From positions 1-26,010 of the forward strand of contig JAEOTQ010000052.1 of the NCBI GenBank assembly GCA_016839785.1: a stretch of 26,010 nucleotides of DNA. The letters run 5' to 3'. The position numbers and the translations under genes were made by a program. The notes beneath the pieces are model-generated. The model was not told where the DNA came from. It was given only the letters and a program-made list of their open reading frames with translations, and searched no databases. This stretch comes from Candidatus Hodarchaeota archaeon (GTDB taxonomy: Archaea > Asgardarchaeota > Heimdallarchaeia > Hodarchaeales > Hodarchaeaceae). Shown in pieces: positions 1 to 9,400 of this stretch. Each line of letters begins with the position of its first letter. Positions within the stretch are counted from its first letter, which is position 1.

Positions 1-467
1 ATATTTGAAAAAATCCTAGTATTAGCTCCATCAATAAATTTCTTCAATAATCGAAAAATGTGCCGTCGACCCTTAATAATCTGAATCTGGTGAATTATTT
101 CCTCTTCGTCCTCTTCCACCTCCAAGCTATTTGAAATTAGAGTTAATTTGTCTTGAACTCGTGTTGCTGCGTTCTCAATCGGTTCAGAGATTCTTTGCTT
201 CAGTATCAATGACAGTTTTTCAGGTTCGTACAGAAGACTGTATACATTCGCTGATCCAGTAATTTCATCTACTTTGACGACTTCCAATGCGATTAATGCA
301 TCAAGTACTTGATAAATTTTATTTCGGGGCACATGAGAAATAGAAACTAATTTTGAAGCGGGTACTGAACGTCCTGATTTGATTAAAGCAATTAATACTC
401 TAGCTTCATACTCCTTTAAACCCAAATGAACTAGATCTGATATTAAGGATTGATCCATACCTGTCAT
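1..467 (-). CDS. TrmB-family transcriptional regulator (N-terminal part; runs off the window)
   Basis: Not in the ORF track. Manual translation from ATG 467 (alternative ATG 458) gives MTGMDQSLISDLVHLGLKEYEARVLIALIKSGRSVPASKLVSISHVPRNKIYQVLDAL..., matching the TrmB wHTH pattern LGL.EYEA.V...L / VPR.KIY.VL..L. GGAGG lies upstream. Confidence 0.9.
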   Translation of the reverse strand, partial: MTGMDQSLISDLVHLGLKEYEARVLIALIKSGRSVPASKLVSISHVPRNKIYQVLDALIALEVVKVDEITGSANVYSLLYEPEKLSLILKQRISEPIENAATRVQDKLTLISNSLEVEEDEEEIIHQIQIIKGRRHIFRLLKKFIDGANTRIFSN

Positions 468-502
468 GAGTACTATTTCCTCCAAAAGGATTTAATATTT
501 TT

Positions 503-565
503 GTAGTCACTGCAAGTGGTAATGAGATGACAAGTTTTATAAATGTTCCCACCTATAGTAACAAC
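503..565. promoter_or_regulatory. Divergent promoter region: TATA box TTTTATAAA (535-543) flanked by two imperfect palindromes, candidate TrmB operators
   Basis: GTAGTCACTGCAAGTGGTAAT (503-523) and GTTCCCACCTATAGTAACAAC (545-565) lie between the divergent trmB and ABC genes. Confidence 0.45.
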
Positions 566-707
566 TGAATTTGAAAGAATGCTCAAGCGATCCTTTTAAG
601 GATCGAATCTAATAGTGAGCGATATATGCTCATTTAGGAACACAAAAACTTTGAAATTTCATGAAAAGCTATAACCTCCAGCCAATCACATTTAACAGGT
701 GTAATTA

Positions 708-1448
708 TTGAAATATGACGTAGAATTACGAAATGTAACTAAAAAATTCGGTATGTTAACTGCTGTAGATAATTTAGACCTATCTATTAAGCAAGGAGAA
801 ATCTTCTGTTTAGTTGGACCAAATGCTGCTGGTAAAACGACAACAATAAAGTTAATTCTTGGAATACTAAATGCAGAGAAAGGGGATGCAAGCATTCGGG
901 TCAAGGGATTCAGTATCCCGAAAGAAAAAAATAAGCTTAGGCGTATCATGGGTTATTTACCTCAGAGAAAAGCACTTTATGATATGCTTACTGCACGAGA
1001 AAATATCGAATTCTTTGCAAAGGCGAAGGGACTCTCAAATAGTGAAGCGAAGCGCAACACAAATTCAATGATAAAAAGTTTATCTCTAATGGAACATGAG
1101 AATATACTAGCTGTCCATCTATCGGGTGGGACTCAGCAACGAGCAGCTTTAGGTTCTGCAATGGTTAATAACCCTCAAATAGCTTTTTTAGATGAACCTA
1201 CTGTCGGTTTAGATCCTGTTCTTAGAAGAGAGTTCTGGGAATATTTTAAAGAAATCGCCAGATCACAAAATACAACTATTCTTGTTACTACACATTATTT
1301 AAACGAAGCAGAATGGGCTGATCGGGTGGGTGTTATGAGAGATGGAAAAATCATTGCCATAGAGGCACCACAAAAGCTTATGGAACAGACAAATCAGCGA
1401 AATATGGAAAATATGTTTTTTGAATTGATAAAGGGGGAAACACAATGA
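708..1448 (+). CDS. ABC-2 type (multidrug-like) exporter ATP-binding subunit
   Basis: Walker A GPNAAGKTT, Q-loop YLPQ, signature LSGG, Walker B FLDEPT and H-loop TTHY. TTG start preceded by AGGTG. Confidence 0.95.
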   Translation: MKYDVELRNVTKKFGMLTAVDNLDLSIKQGEIFCLVGPNAAGKTTTIKLILGILNAEKGDASIRVKGFSIPKEKNKLRRIMGYLPQRKALYDMLTARENIEFFAKAKGLSNSEAKRNTNSMIKSLSLMEHENILAVHLSGGTQQRAALGSAMVNNPQIAFLDEPTVGLDPVLRREFWEYFKEIARSQNTTILVTTHYLNEAEWADRVGVMRDGKIIAIEAPQKLMEQTNQRNMENMFFELIKGETQ

Positions 1449-2593
1449 GATTAACATTACTAATTATGAGAAGACTTTTCCGAACCTTATCACGAGATCA
1501 TAGAACTATCGGTCTAGTTGTAGTAGGTCCACCGCTTTTCATGGTGATGTTCGGAATCGCTTTTGGTGGAGAGATTGAACATGTACCCATTGCCATAATC
1601 AATAATGATAGTGATGCTGAAGTGGTCATTACATATGGTATGTTCACGGTTTTTAATGAAACTGTTTCATCATTAGGGGATTCAATTACTAACACACTTG
1701 ATCTAAATGATCCTAGAGTTGATGTCACTCCTCTTACAGATTATGAATCAGCTAAGAAAGATGTTGATCGAAAAATATATACTTGTGTTTTACTAATTCC
1801 TGTGAATTTCACATATAATCTAGTAAGCCCCCAAGGGTCAAATATATCTTTAGAGATTTATTTTGATAATTCTAACCCTCAGGTAGGGGGAGTAGTAATT
1901 CAAGCAATCCAAGAGTCTTTCCAACAAGCTACTGGAGAATTTCGAGCAAATCTTGGGTTTGATATCACTTACGCTTATGGAGAGGATATTTCAACTTTAG
2001 ATTTCTTTACACCAGGTATGATTGTCTATGGCGTCTTTTTTTTCTCTTTTATGCTCGTAATAATGACATTAATAGAAGAAAGAAGATCAGGAACATTATC
2101 ATTACTTCTTCAATGCCCATATGATAAAATTGAAATAATTTTAGGGTATCTAGCTGCATTTTCAATCGTCAGCACAATCCAAACTACATTGATAATTCTT
2201 ATAGCTGGAATTGTTTTCCAAGTATCCCTGGGAGCTACAATTGCAAACTACATTTCTCTCTATATAGCAGCGATAATTGTTGGGTGGACTGGTTTAGTAC
2301 TAGCTATTTTTCTCTCAGCATTTGCTAGATCCGAATTTCAGGCGGTACAATTCATACCTATAACGATAATTCCAATCTTACTACTATCTGGAATTGTAAT
2401 TCCACTTAGCCAAATTCCAGAAATTATCAGGTGGGTTAGTTATTTGTTTCCGACGACATATTCTGTTGAATTATTGAGACAAATCGCGATAGAAGGGTAT
2501 GTCCTAGAGCCTTTCAATTTTGGACTATTATTTCAAATTGGCTTTGTTATGATGCTTGTGATTGCTAGCAGGTTAACTCTAAAGGAAAATTAA
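1445..2593 (+). CDS. ABC-2 type exporter permease
   Basis: N-terminal TM helix, extracellular domain, then 5-6 TM helices, with an EERRSGTL motif. ATGA overlap with the ATPase gene. Confidence 0.92.
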   Translation: MRLTLLIMRRLFRTLSRDHRTIGLVVVGPPLFMVMFGIAFGGEIEHVPIAIINNDSDAEVVITYGMFTVFNETVSSLGDSITNTLDLNDPRVDVTPLTDYESAKKDVDRKIYTCVLLIPVNFTYNLVSPQGSNISLEIYFDNSNPQVGGVVIQAIQESFQQATGEFRANLGFDITYAYGEDISTLDFFTPGMIVYGVFFFSFMLVIMTLIEERRSGTLSLLLQCPYDKIEIILGYLAAFSIVSTIQTTLIILIAGIVFQVSLGATIANYISLYIAAIIVGWTGLVLAIFLSAFARSEFQAVQFIPITIIPILLLSGIVIPLSQIPEIIRWVSYLFPTTYSVELLRQIAIEGYVLEPFNFGLLFQIGFVMMLVIASRLTLKEN

Positions 2594-2634
2594 GTGATAG
2601 ATGAGGATGTTGTAGGTACTTTTGCTACTTCCGC

Positions 2635-3324
2635 TTACATCTTAGAAAGAACTTTAATAAGATCCTTTCCAACAGCAGGAATTATAGATATTGGTTCATA
2701 ACCAACATCTGCGATAGGAAAATTATCTCCAAAAACACCTGTTCGAACAAGGATAACTTGCATTTTCGCATTTCTTGCTGCAAGTAAATCCACTAAGGTA
2801 TCCCCTATAAATACCGCATCCGCTTTATTTATGTTTAACAGAGAACATGCATAGTACAAAGGAATAGGTGATGGTTTGGAGAATCCAATGCTCTTTGATT
2901 CAATCAAAACGTCAAAAATATCTAAATGCGAACCGAACCGCTTATTCAACAATCGGGGAGAACCATTAGATACAATCCCGAGAAGGTACCCTTGTAATTT
3001 GAGTTGTATCAGTGTCTCAATTACTCCTGGAAAGATATGGGGAGAACTATCCCATTTTAGAAATTTCCAAAAGGCACGCATTAAACCATTACCCAATCTT
3101 AACCATGTAAGGTTAAAATCTGTTTTTAGCGTAATGAATAATTCAGGTTTAAACCAGGAATGCTTCTTACCTGAGTTATAGATTACACCTAATCTATGAA
3201 GGTAATAACGAATGATCTTCGAATTTGGATTGGAAATAAATTCTTGGGCTATAAATTGAGGAAAAACGCGGAGAGTATTCACTAAAGTGCCATCTAAATC
3301 AAAAAGGAGAGCTTTTGGTTTCAT
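2635..3324 (-). CDS. HAD-superfamily hydrolase (phosphoglycolate phosphatase-like)
   Basis: Motif I LLFDLDGTL, motif II VSNG, motif III KPSP and motif IV IGDTLVD. Start moved to ATG 3324 (MKPKALLFD) because the upstream ATG lies inside the IS end. Confidence 0.9.
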   Translation of the reverse strand: MKPKALLFDLDGTLVNTLRVFPQFIAQEFISNPNSKIIRYYLHRLGVIYNSGKKHSWFKPELFITLKTDFNLTWLRLGNGLMRAFWKFLKWDSSPHIFPGVIETLIQLKLQGYLLGIVSNGSPRLLNKRFGSHLDIFDVLIESKSIGFSKPSPIPLYYACSLLNINKADAVFIGDTLVDLLAARNAKMQVILVRTGVFGDNFPIADVGYEPISIIPAVGKDLIKVLSKM

Positions 3325-3331
3325 GACTACA

Positions 3332-3450
3332 TTTGTCAGACAACTCTTTATAAAGAATTCTGGACAGGATGAGTCATACATCCGCTATCCGGCAGGGTAG
3401 CAATACTAGAGTGTATACTATCCATTGGGACTACTTGGGGACCAGTGTGA
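3332..3450 (-). ncRNA. Putative TnpB omegaRNA (reRNA) scaffold / element right end; limits approximate
   Basis: Structured stretch overlapping the tnpB 3' end: hairpin GGATG-TATGACT-CATCC and long hairpin TGTCCAGAATTCTTTATAAAGAGTTGTCTGACA. This position is where TnpB guide scaffolds are encoded. Confidence 0.5.
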
Positions 3451-3897
3451 AACCGCTGAAGAATATTACAGGCGACATTGTAGTCGGCATTCAGGTGAAC
3501 TCCACACTTCTGACAGCAAAAAGAACCACGCGATGAACGATTTTTCTTCGCTAGATATCCACATTTACTACATTGCTGGGAGGTATACGCTTCGTTAACT
3601 CGGATTACGGTCATCCCAACCAGTTTAGCCTTATATTCGAGTATTTGCACAAGTTTAAGAAAGGGAAGCTGGACAAACGATTGATTGGTACGTTTTCCGA
3701 GGTTGCAATGGTGCTTCCACCCCGTATTATACCCAAGAACGAGGGTGTCAATATTCTGCGTTAAACAATAATTGATAATTCGACGGGAGGTTTGATGAAA
3801 GAAATCTTGGAGACGGTTTATCCTAACCCGATGAAGTCGCAGGATACGGCGAGTCAGGAGTTGATGATTGCAAGGGAGCGTGTTTTTTGGTGCGCAT
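3348..3897 (-). pseudogene. tnpB: TnpB RNA-guided endonuclease, C-terminal half only
   Basis: The frame of ORF 3348..3650 is open up to TAG at 3900-3902: ...RRILRLHRVRINRLQDFFHQTSRRIINYC...LVLGYNTGWKHHCNLGKRTNQSFVQLPF..LEYKAKLVG...NEAYTSQQCSKCG...CQKCGVHLNADYNVACNI. This covers the RuvC-II region, Zn finger and RuvC-III. RuvC-I and the N-terminal half are missing, and ATG 3897 is out of frame. Confidence 0.88.
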
Positions 3898-4110
3898 TCC
3901 TACCCTTTTTGAAAATTTTCGCTCTTATAAGTTTGTACCCGAGAGAGAGCGGTGAAAATGACGAATGTAACGAAACTGAGTCTTTATATCTAAGACGAAA
4001 ATTCAATTATTTGATGTCGGACAAATTCAACCATACATTCTCCTCGCTGTAAAGAAGCGTCTAGAAGTATTCTTTAGAGTTTGTCATCATTGGGATAAAT
4101 TGTTCCTTAG

Positions 4111-5031
4111 GTGATTAAAGTATCTGTACTCGGTTTAAAAAATTCTTTGATTTTATCACCTCTTGCAGAAATTACTATCCCCCCTTTTCGTAGGATTTGT
4201 GCTGAGTTTGGGGCAGTAACAATTAGTGAAATGACATACGCAAAGGGAATAATTTACAACAATCCAAACTCTTTAAGAAGGATAGCTCGTGCAGAAACTG
4301 AAGAAAAATACGGAATTCAACTCTTAACCAATAATCCAGAAGACTTAGTAAATACGATAGAGCTCATTGAATCAGAAAAACTCTCTGATTTTATTGAACT
4401 GAATTTAGGATGTCCTAAACCGAAAATTACTAATGCAAGGCTCGGTGCAGCTCTTTTAAGAATACAAGATCATATGTTACTGAAGGAATTGTTGGAAATT
4501 GGGAGTTTTAGCTCAAAATTGCCTTTTACAGTGAAGATCCGAGCAGGTTTTGATACTGTTACATTCCCTGATGTCCTAAAATTGGCCGAGAAAACTAATG
4601 TTTCATTTGTCACTCTCCACTCTCGTTTAGCTACAGATACTTACCAAACTCCTGCAAGATCGGAATATTGGAAACAGGCTGTAGAAATTACTAGTATCCC
4701 TATTATCGCAAATGGTGATGTTCAATCTTTTGATCATGCTTGTCAGATTATTGAACAATTTGGGGTTGATGGTGTGGCAATTGGAAGATCAGCAAGAGGA
4801 AATCCCCAAATTTTCCAAAAACAGGCTAAATTGTCTTCACGAGAGGTATATGATAGATTAATTCAATACATGAAAAATACAGTGTACTTTAATCTCTTTA
4901 ATTTACGAGTACAATCTGCTGATTTTATGAAAAATTTTCGTTATGCAGCTAATGCGCGTAAAACAATTCTTTCAATGAATAATCCTAACGAAATAATTGA
5001 ATATACTCGAGAAATGTTAGGAAAAAGATGA
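4111..5031 (+). CDS. dus: tRNA-dihydrouridine synthase family protein
   Basis: Motifs LSPLA, SEM, NLGCP (catalytic Cys), GAALL, VKIR, LHSR, IANGDV and IGR. Confidence 0.93.
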   Translation: MIKVSVLGLKNSLILSPLAEITIPPFRRICAEFGAVTISEMTYAKGIIYNNPNSLRRIARAETEEKYGIQLLTNNPEDLVNTIELIESEKLSDFIELNLGCPKPKITNARLGAALLRIQDHMLLKELLEIGSFSSKLPFTVKIRAGFDTVTFPDVLKLAEKTNVSFVTLHSRLATDTYQTPARSEYWKQAVEITSIPIIANGDVQSFDHACQIIEQFGVDGVAIGRSARGNPQIFQKQAKLSSREVYDRLIQYMKNTVYFNLFNLRVQSADFMKNFRYAANARKTILSMNNPNEIIEYTREMLGKR

Positions 5032-5147
5032 GGGGTAAGTAATAAAAAACATATAATTCAAAGTAGAATTGAATTTATCTTTCATCGAGCTCTTATTAGA
5101 CATCCAACAAAAAAATCTTCTATTGATCTAAATAGGAATCGACTGCG

Positions 5148-6326
5148 ATGCCCATAAATCTCAATCATGAAGCACAGGTGGAATGGGATAAATATTTAGA
5201 GGCCTCTTCTATAGAAGAGCAAATTGTGCATTTAGAACGCTTTGTGGGCGTAGTTGTGAAACATAAAGGGGTTGAAAACCATCTTAGGATGGCTAAACAA
5301 AAATTAAAACGATTAAAAGCCACCCAAGATAAAATACGTCAAGCTAAGAAAGGTTCGGGAGAAAGATGGTTAGTTCCCAAAGGTGAGGACGCTCAAATTG
5401 CTATTATTGGTACAGTTAATTCAGGAAAATCCTCCATATTGAATTCCTTAGCTGGTTCAGATTCTGCCGCTAAGGTTGGTGCTTATCCTTTCACAACTGT
5501 GAAACCTGAAGTTGGATCAACAACCGCGAGGGGCGCTCGTTTACAACTTGTAGAACTCCCTGCAGTGGTTGAGGGGAGTGTACGTGGAGAAATGTCTGGA
5601 AAATTAGTCCTTGCGGGAATTCGTAATTCGGACTGTGTGATATTAACGGTTGATTTGTCGCAAAATCCCGTTGAACAGGTAGAGCTTATTTTCAAAGAAC
5701 TCTCTATAGGTAAAATTCGATTGAACACCGAAAAACCCCCCGTGACGATTGAAAAGGTGGGGTCAGGAAATATACAGATCTTTAATTCCCATCATTATGA
5801 GGGAAAGGGAAATGATGAAATCCTTGAAATAATGAGAACAAAAGGATATATGAATGTAATTGTAAGGTTTCATGGACCTACAACAGTAGATCAATTTTTC
5901 GATTCTCTGGATCATACTATCAGTTATCTACCAGCAATTATTTTTGGTACAAAGGGAGATTTAAAAGGATCAAGGGCTAATTATTCAATATTACTGGAAT
6001 ATTTAGCAGAGAATAGTCTACCAATTGAAATCATACCTGTTTCTAGCTCTAATGACGAAGGGTTTGATGATATTGAGGAGGAAATTTTTAGAAAACTGAG
6101 AAAAATAAGAGTATACACCCGTAATAATGTCGGTGATATTGCTGAGCGGCCAATAATTCTGGACAAAGGAAGCACGATAGAAAATGCTATAGAAGTCCTA
6201 TCTAAGAAAATGCTAGCATATTTTCGATTTGCTCGTGTGTGGGGAAAATCTGCAAAATTTGATGGAGAAAAAGTGGGATTAGATCGAATTTTGGAAGATG
6301 GAGATGTGATTCAAGTATTTGCTTGA
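5148..6326 (+). CDS. DRG/Rbg-like OBG-family GTPase with C-terminal TGS domain
   Basis: HKG.E..L...K.KL N-terminal motif, G1 GTVNSGKS, G2 YPFTT, G4 TKGD and TGS motif FRFARVWGKSAKFDGEKVG...LEDGDVI. G3 is atypical (ELPA). Confidence 0.92.
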   Translation: MPINLNHEAQVEWDKYLEASSIEEQIVHLERFVGVVVKHKGVENHLRMAKQKLKRLKATQDKIRQAKKGSGERWLVPKGEDAQIAIIGTVNSGKSSILNSLAGSDSAAKVGAYPFTTVKPEVGSTTARGARLQLVELPAVVEGSVRGEMSGKLVLAGIRNSDCVILTVDLSQNPVEQVELIFKELSIGKIRLNTEKPPVTIEKVGSGNIQIFNSHHYEGKGNDEILEIMRTKGYMNVIVRFHGPTTVDQFFDSLDHTISYLPAIIFGTKGDLKGSRANYSILLEYLAENSLPIEIIPVSSSNDEGFDDIEEEIFRKLRKIRVYTRNNVGDIAERPIILDKGSTIENAIEVLSKKMLAYFRFARVWGKSAKFDGEKVGLDRILEDGDVIQVFA

Positions 6327-6534
6327 ACATTCTTTACGGTGTATAATTACTTTATAGTTTTCTGGTATAATAATATTAAATAATTAATTGCGAATATTAC
6401 GCAAATAGAGAAAATATCTCACAAGAGCGAAAAATTACCCCAACTTTTTTTTCTCACGAAAATTAGGGACGAAATGTTGGATATACTCGGAACTATGAAA
6501 ATATTTGAAATAGAGCTGTCTTTCAGGGATTTTA

Positions 6535-9285
6535 ATGGTAGATAATTGGCATTCTGTTGATACTCGTACACTAATGACTGACTTAGGAGTGAATGACGAT
6601 TTAGGTCTGTCGTCCGAAGAAGCTAACCATCGTATAGAAAAATATGGTTTAAATGAGTTAAAGAAAAGTGAGAGTAAATCACCAATTACCCTATTCTTTG
6701 AACAATTCGTTGATCCACTTGTTATCATTCTTCTCGTTGCACTTCTAATTTCAATAGTAATCGGGATTTTTTCCACTAATGAACATGAAAAGATAGAATA
6801 TTTTATTGATTCTGCAGCAATTTCCATAATAGTATTATTCAATGCTTTCTTTGGTTTTATCCAGGAATATAGGGCTGAAAAGTCAATTGAAGCACTTAAA
6901 TCTATGGCGGCTCCTTATACAACAGTTGTTCGAGATGGAAAAAAAGATCGTATTGAAGCAAATCAATTAGTACCTGGAGATGTTGTTTTTCTTGAGGAAG
7001 GGGACAAAGTGCCTGCTGATGGAAGATTACTCCAATCTCTTGCTCTACGTATTGATGAGAGCATGTTAACTGGAGAATCTTTTCCAGTTGCAAAAAATGC
7101 GAATACAACAGTACCCATGGATGCCCCTGTTGCAGAAGTGTACAATTCAGTTTTCAGTGGAACAAATGTATCACGCGGACGAGGGCAGATTATTATAACT
7201 CAAACTGGTATGAAAACCGAATTTGGGAAAATTGCACAGGGCTTAATGGAGGAATCTAGAGAAGAAACTCCGCTACAACAGCGATTATCAACTTTAGGGA
7301 AATATATTGGTATTGGAAGTCTTACTATATGTGCTATCATTTTTGTTATTGGAATTATGCTTGGTAGACAAGCTCTAGAGATGTTTATTGTCTCTGTTGG
7401 TCTTGCAGTTGCTGCTGTACCTGAAGGACTACCTGCAGTAGTTACACTATCATTAGCTCTGGGCGTACAAAAGATGAGCAAAAAAAATGCGATTATTCGT
7501 CGTTTACCATCGGTAGAAACACTCGGATCCATAACTGTTATTTGTTCCGACAAAACAGGGACATTAACTATGAATAAAATGACTGTTCGCAAAATATTGA
7601 CTGTAGATGATGAATTTGATGTTGCAGAAAAGCTAGAATTGAATAATGCACTGAATGATATCTTATTAATTGGTAAAGAATGTAACAATGCCCAAATTTC
7701 TGAGGTTCAAACAGGGATTGATGTTGGAGATCCTACTGAATTAGCCCTATTGAGAGTAGCTAGACGTTTGAATCTTCCAGAACCATCTCTGGAACGAGTA
7801 TATGAAATTCCATTTGATTCAGATTCAAAAAGAATGACTGTAGTTGTGAAAGATGATGCTAATAAGTATTCTGTGTTGATGAAAGGCGCACCTGATGTAC
7901 TCATCAATATTTGCACTCATTACTTAACGAACGGAGAAGTAAAAGAACTAGATGAGAAGAAACGTGCGATTTTAGAGGAACAGGAACAAAACATTGCCAC
8001 CTTAGGATATCGAATGCTAGGTATGGCATCAAAACAAATTGAAAGGGAAAAAGCCGAATTACATGTATTTTCAGAGGATAACGAAGAATTAGAATCAGGA
8101 ATGACATATATTGGAACGGTTGCAATCATGGATCCTCCACGTGAAGGTACAAAAGAAGCAATTGCCACTTGTAGAGATGCTGGAATTCGGCCTATTATGA
8201 TTACTGGGGATCACCTAAAAACTGCAGTTGCAGTTGCCTCTGAAATAGGATTAATAGAAAAACCTGAGGCAGCTATCGCATTAGAGGGGCGTCAACTATC
8301 GAAAATGTCGGATCAAGAGCTATCTGAAAGAGTGAAGGATACAAATGTATTTGCACGAGTTTCTCCTGAACATAAGCTAAGATTAGTTACAGCTTTAAAA
8401 GAGAACAATCAGATAGTTGCTATGACAGGTGACGGTGTGAATGACGCACCTGCATTAAAAAGAGCTGATATTGGAGTTGCGATGGGAATTTCTGGTACCG
8501 ATGTATCTAAAGAAGCTTCAGATATGGTGTTGGCTGATGATGATTTTTCAACCATTGTTGGTGCGATTCTAGAAGGAAGAACAATTTATGATAACATGCG
8601 TAAGTTTGTTCTTTACTTACTCTCATGTAATGCAGGAGAGATAATGGTGATGTTATTAGGAATGATTCTCACCTCTTTACTTTTCCAAGAACCAATCTTA
8701 CCTCTTCTAGCTATACAAATTCTATGGGTAAACCTAGTAACAGATGGATTGCCCGCATTAGCATTGGGTTTAGATCCTCCTGATGCTGATGTGATGGTAA
8801 GAAAACCTCGTGATCCAGATGAGCAAATCTTGACAAGAAAGTCTATTTATTTCATTGTTTATTCAGGATTAATGATTGGGATTGGTACTTTGCTGCTATT
8901 CTTTGTGTATTTGTTACCTGAAATTATGAATGGTGTAGCTCCCACCCCAGAGGACATTATTTTTCCTAGAACGGTCAGTTTCACAATGCTTATAGTGTTT
9001 CAAATGGTAATGGCCCTCAATATCCGAAAGGAAGATCATTCTTTATTAGGAAAGGAATTCATTAGGAATCCCCATCTACTATTAGCCATTGCTAGCTCTG
9101 TGTTCCTACATTTAATGATTCTCTACTTACCTATACTTCAAGGAATATTTGATACTACAGCTTTAGGGTTGATTGATTGGTTTGTAATCATTTTTGTTGG
9201 CAGTATTCTTGTTCTTATTGACGAAATTCGTACAATTCTTGCAAAGAAGGTTCCTCGATTGCACCACTTAGCTGGGTACTGGTAA
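6535..9285 (+). CDS. P-type ATPase, type IIA (Ca2+-transporting, SERCA/PMR1/LMCA1-like)
   Basis: TGES, PEGL, DKTGT phosphorylation site, KGAP, DPPR, TGDGVNDAPAL, M5 SCNAGE and M6 WVNLVTDGLPA. Confidence 0.95.
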   Translation: MVDNWHSVDTRTLMTDLGVNDDLGLSSEEANHRIEKYGLNELKKSESKSPITLFFEQFVDPLVIILLVALLISIVIGIFSTNEHEKIEYFIDSAAISIIVLFNAFFGFIQEYRAEKSIEALKSMAAPYTTVVRDGKKDRIEANQLVPGDVVFLEEGDKVPADGRLLQSLALRIDESMLTGESFPVAKNANTTVPMDAPVAEVYNSVFSGTNVSRGRGQIIITQTGMKTEFGKIAQGLMEESREETPLQQRLSTLGKYIGIGSLTICAIIFVIGIMLGRQALEMFIVSVGLAVAAVPEGLPAVVTLSLALGVQKMSKKNAIIRRLPSVETLGSITVICSDKTGTLTMNKMTVRKILTVDDEFDVAEKLELNNALNDILLIGKECNNAQISEVQTGIDVGDPTELALLRVARRLNLPEPSLERVYEIPFDSDSKRMTVVVKDDANKYSVLMKGAPDVLINICTHYLTNGEVKELDEKKRAILEEQEQNIATLGYRMLGMASKQIEREKAELHVFSEDNEELESGMTYIGTVAIMDPPREGTKEAIATCRDAGIRPIMITGDHLKTAVAVASEIGLIEKPEAAIALEGRQLSKMSDQELSERVKDTNVFARVSPEHKLRLVTALKENNQIVAMTGDGVNDAPALKRADIGVAMGISGTDVSKEASDMVLADDDFSTIVGAILEGRTIYDNMRKFVLYLLSCNAGEIMVMLLGMILTSLLFQEPILPLLAIQILWVNLVTDGLPALALGLDPPDADVMVRKPRDPDEQILTRKSIYFIVYSGLMIGIGTLLLFFVYLLPEIMNGVAPTPEDIIFPRTVSFTMLIVFQMVMALNIRKEDHSLLGKEFIRNPHLLLAIASSVFLHLMILYLPILQGIFDTTALGLIDWFVIIFVGSILVLIDEIRTILAKKVPRLHHLAGYW

Positions 9286-9400
9286 CTTTCTGATGCAATA
9301 TATCTAAACAAGTAATATCCAAAGCAAAGAATTTTAATCATCAAAATTGGCTCATAGTGATATAGTTTATTCGGAAATTCTCCTTGCAATGGTGGAATAG

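Larger units (their letters stand above)
3332..3980 (-). mobile_element. Non-autonomous IS200/IS605(IS607)-type element remnant carrying an internally deleted tnpB; ends approximate
   Basis: Contains TnpB C-terminal coding sequence, 3' hairpins (3334-3366 and 3367-3383), and a TATA/RBS/ATG upstream. No tnpA is present. Visibly more GC-rich than the flanks. Confidence 0.7.

Noticed and set aside
3325-3381. N-terminal extension of the HAD ORF (likewise hypC 18146-18181 and 15496-15579)
   Set aside because: Longest-ORF artefacts; family N-termini and RBS positions favour the downstream ATGs.
3900-3902. In-frame TAG upstream of the tnpB fragment as possible pyrrolysine or readthrough
   Set aside because: The sequence beyond it does not resemble TnpB RuvC-I and meets further stops within about 30 codons. 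An internal deletion explains it better.
3792-4052. 86-aa plus-strand ORF (and 3573..3764)
   Set aside because: Codon-aligned antisense shadows of the tnpB remnant with no recognisable motifs.
6435-9389. Numerous short minus-strand ORFs over the P-type ATPase, and similar nested ORFs elsewhere in the track
   Set aside because: Antisense or alternate-frame shadows of well-supported genes, with no independent motifs.
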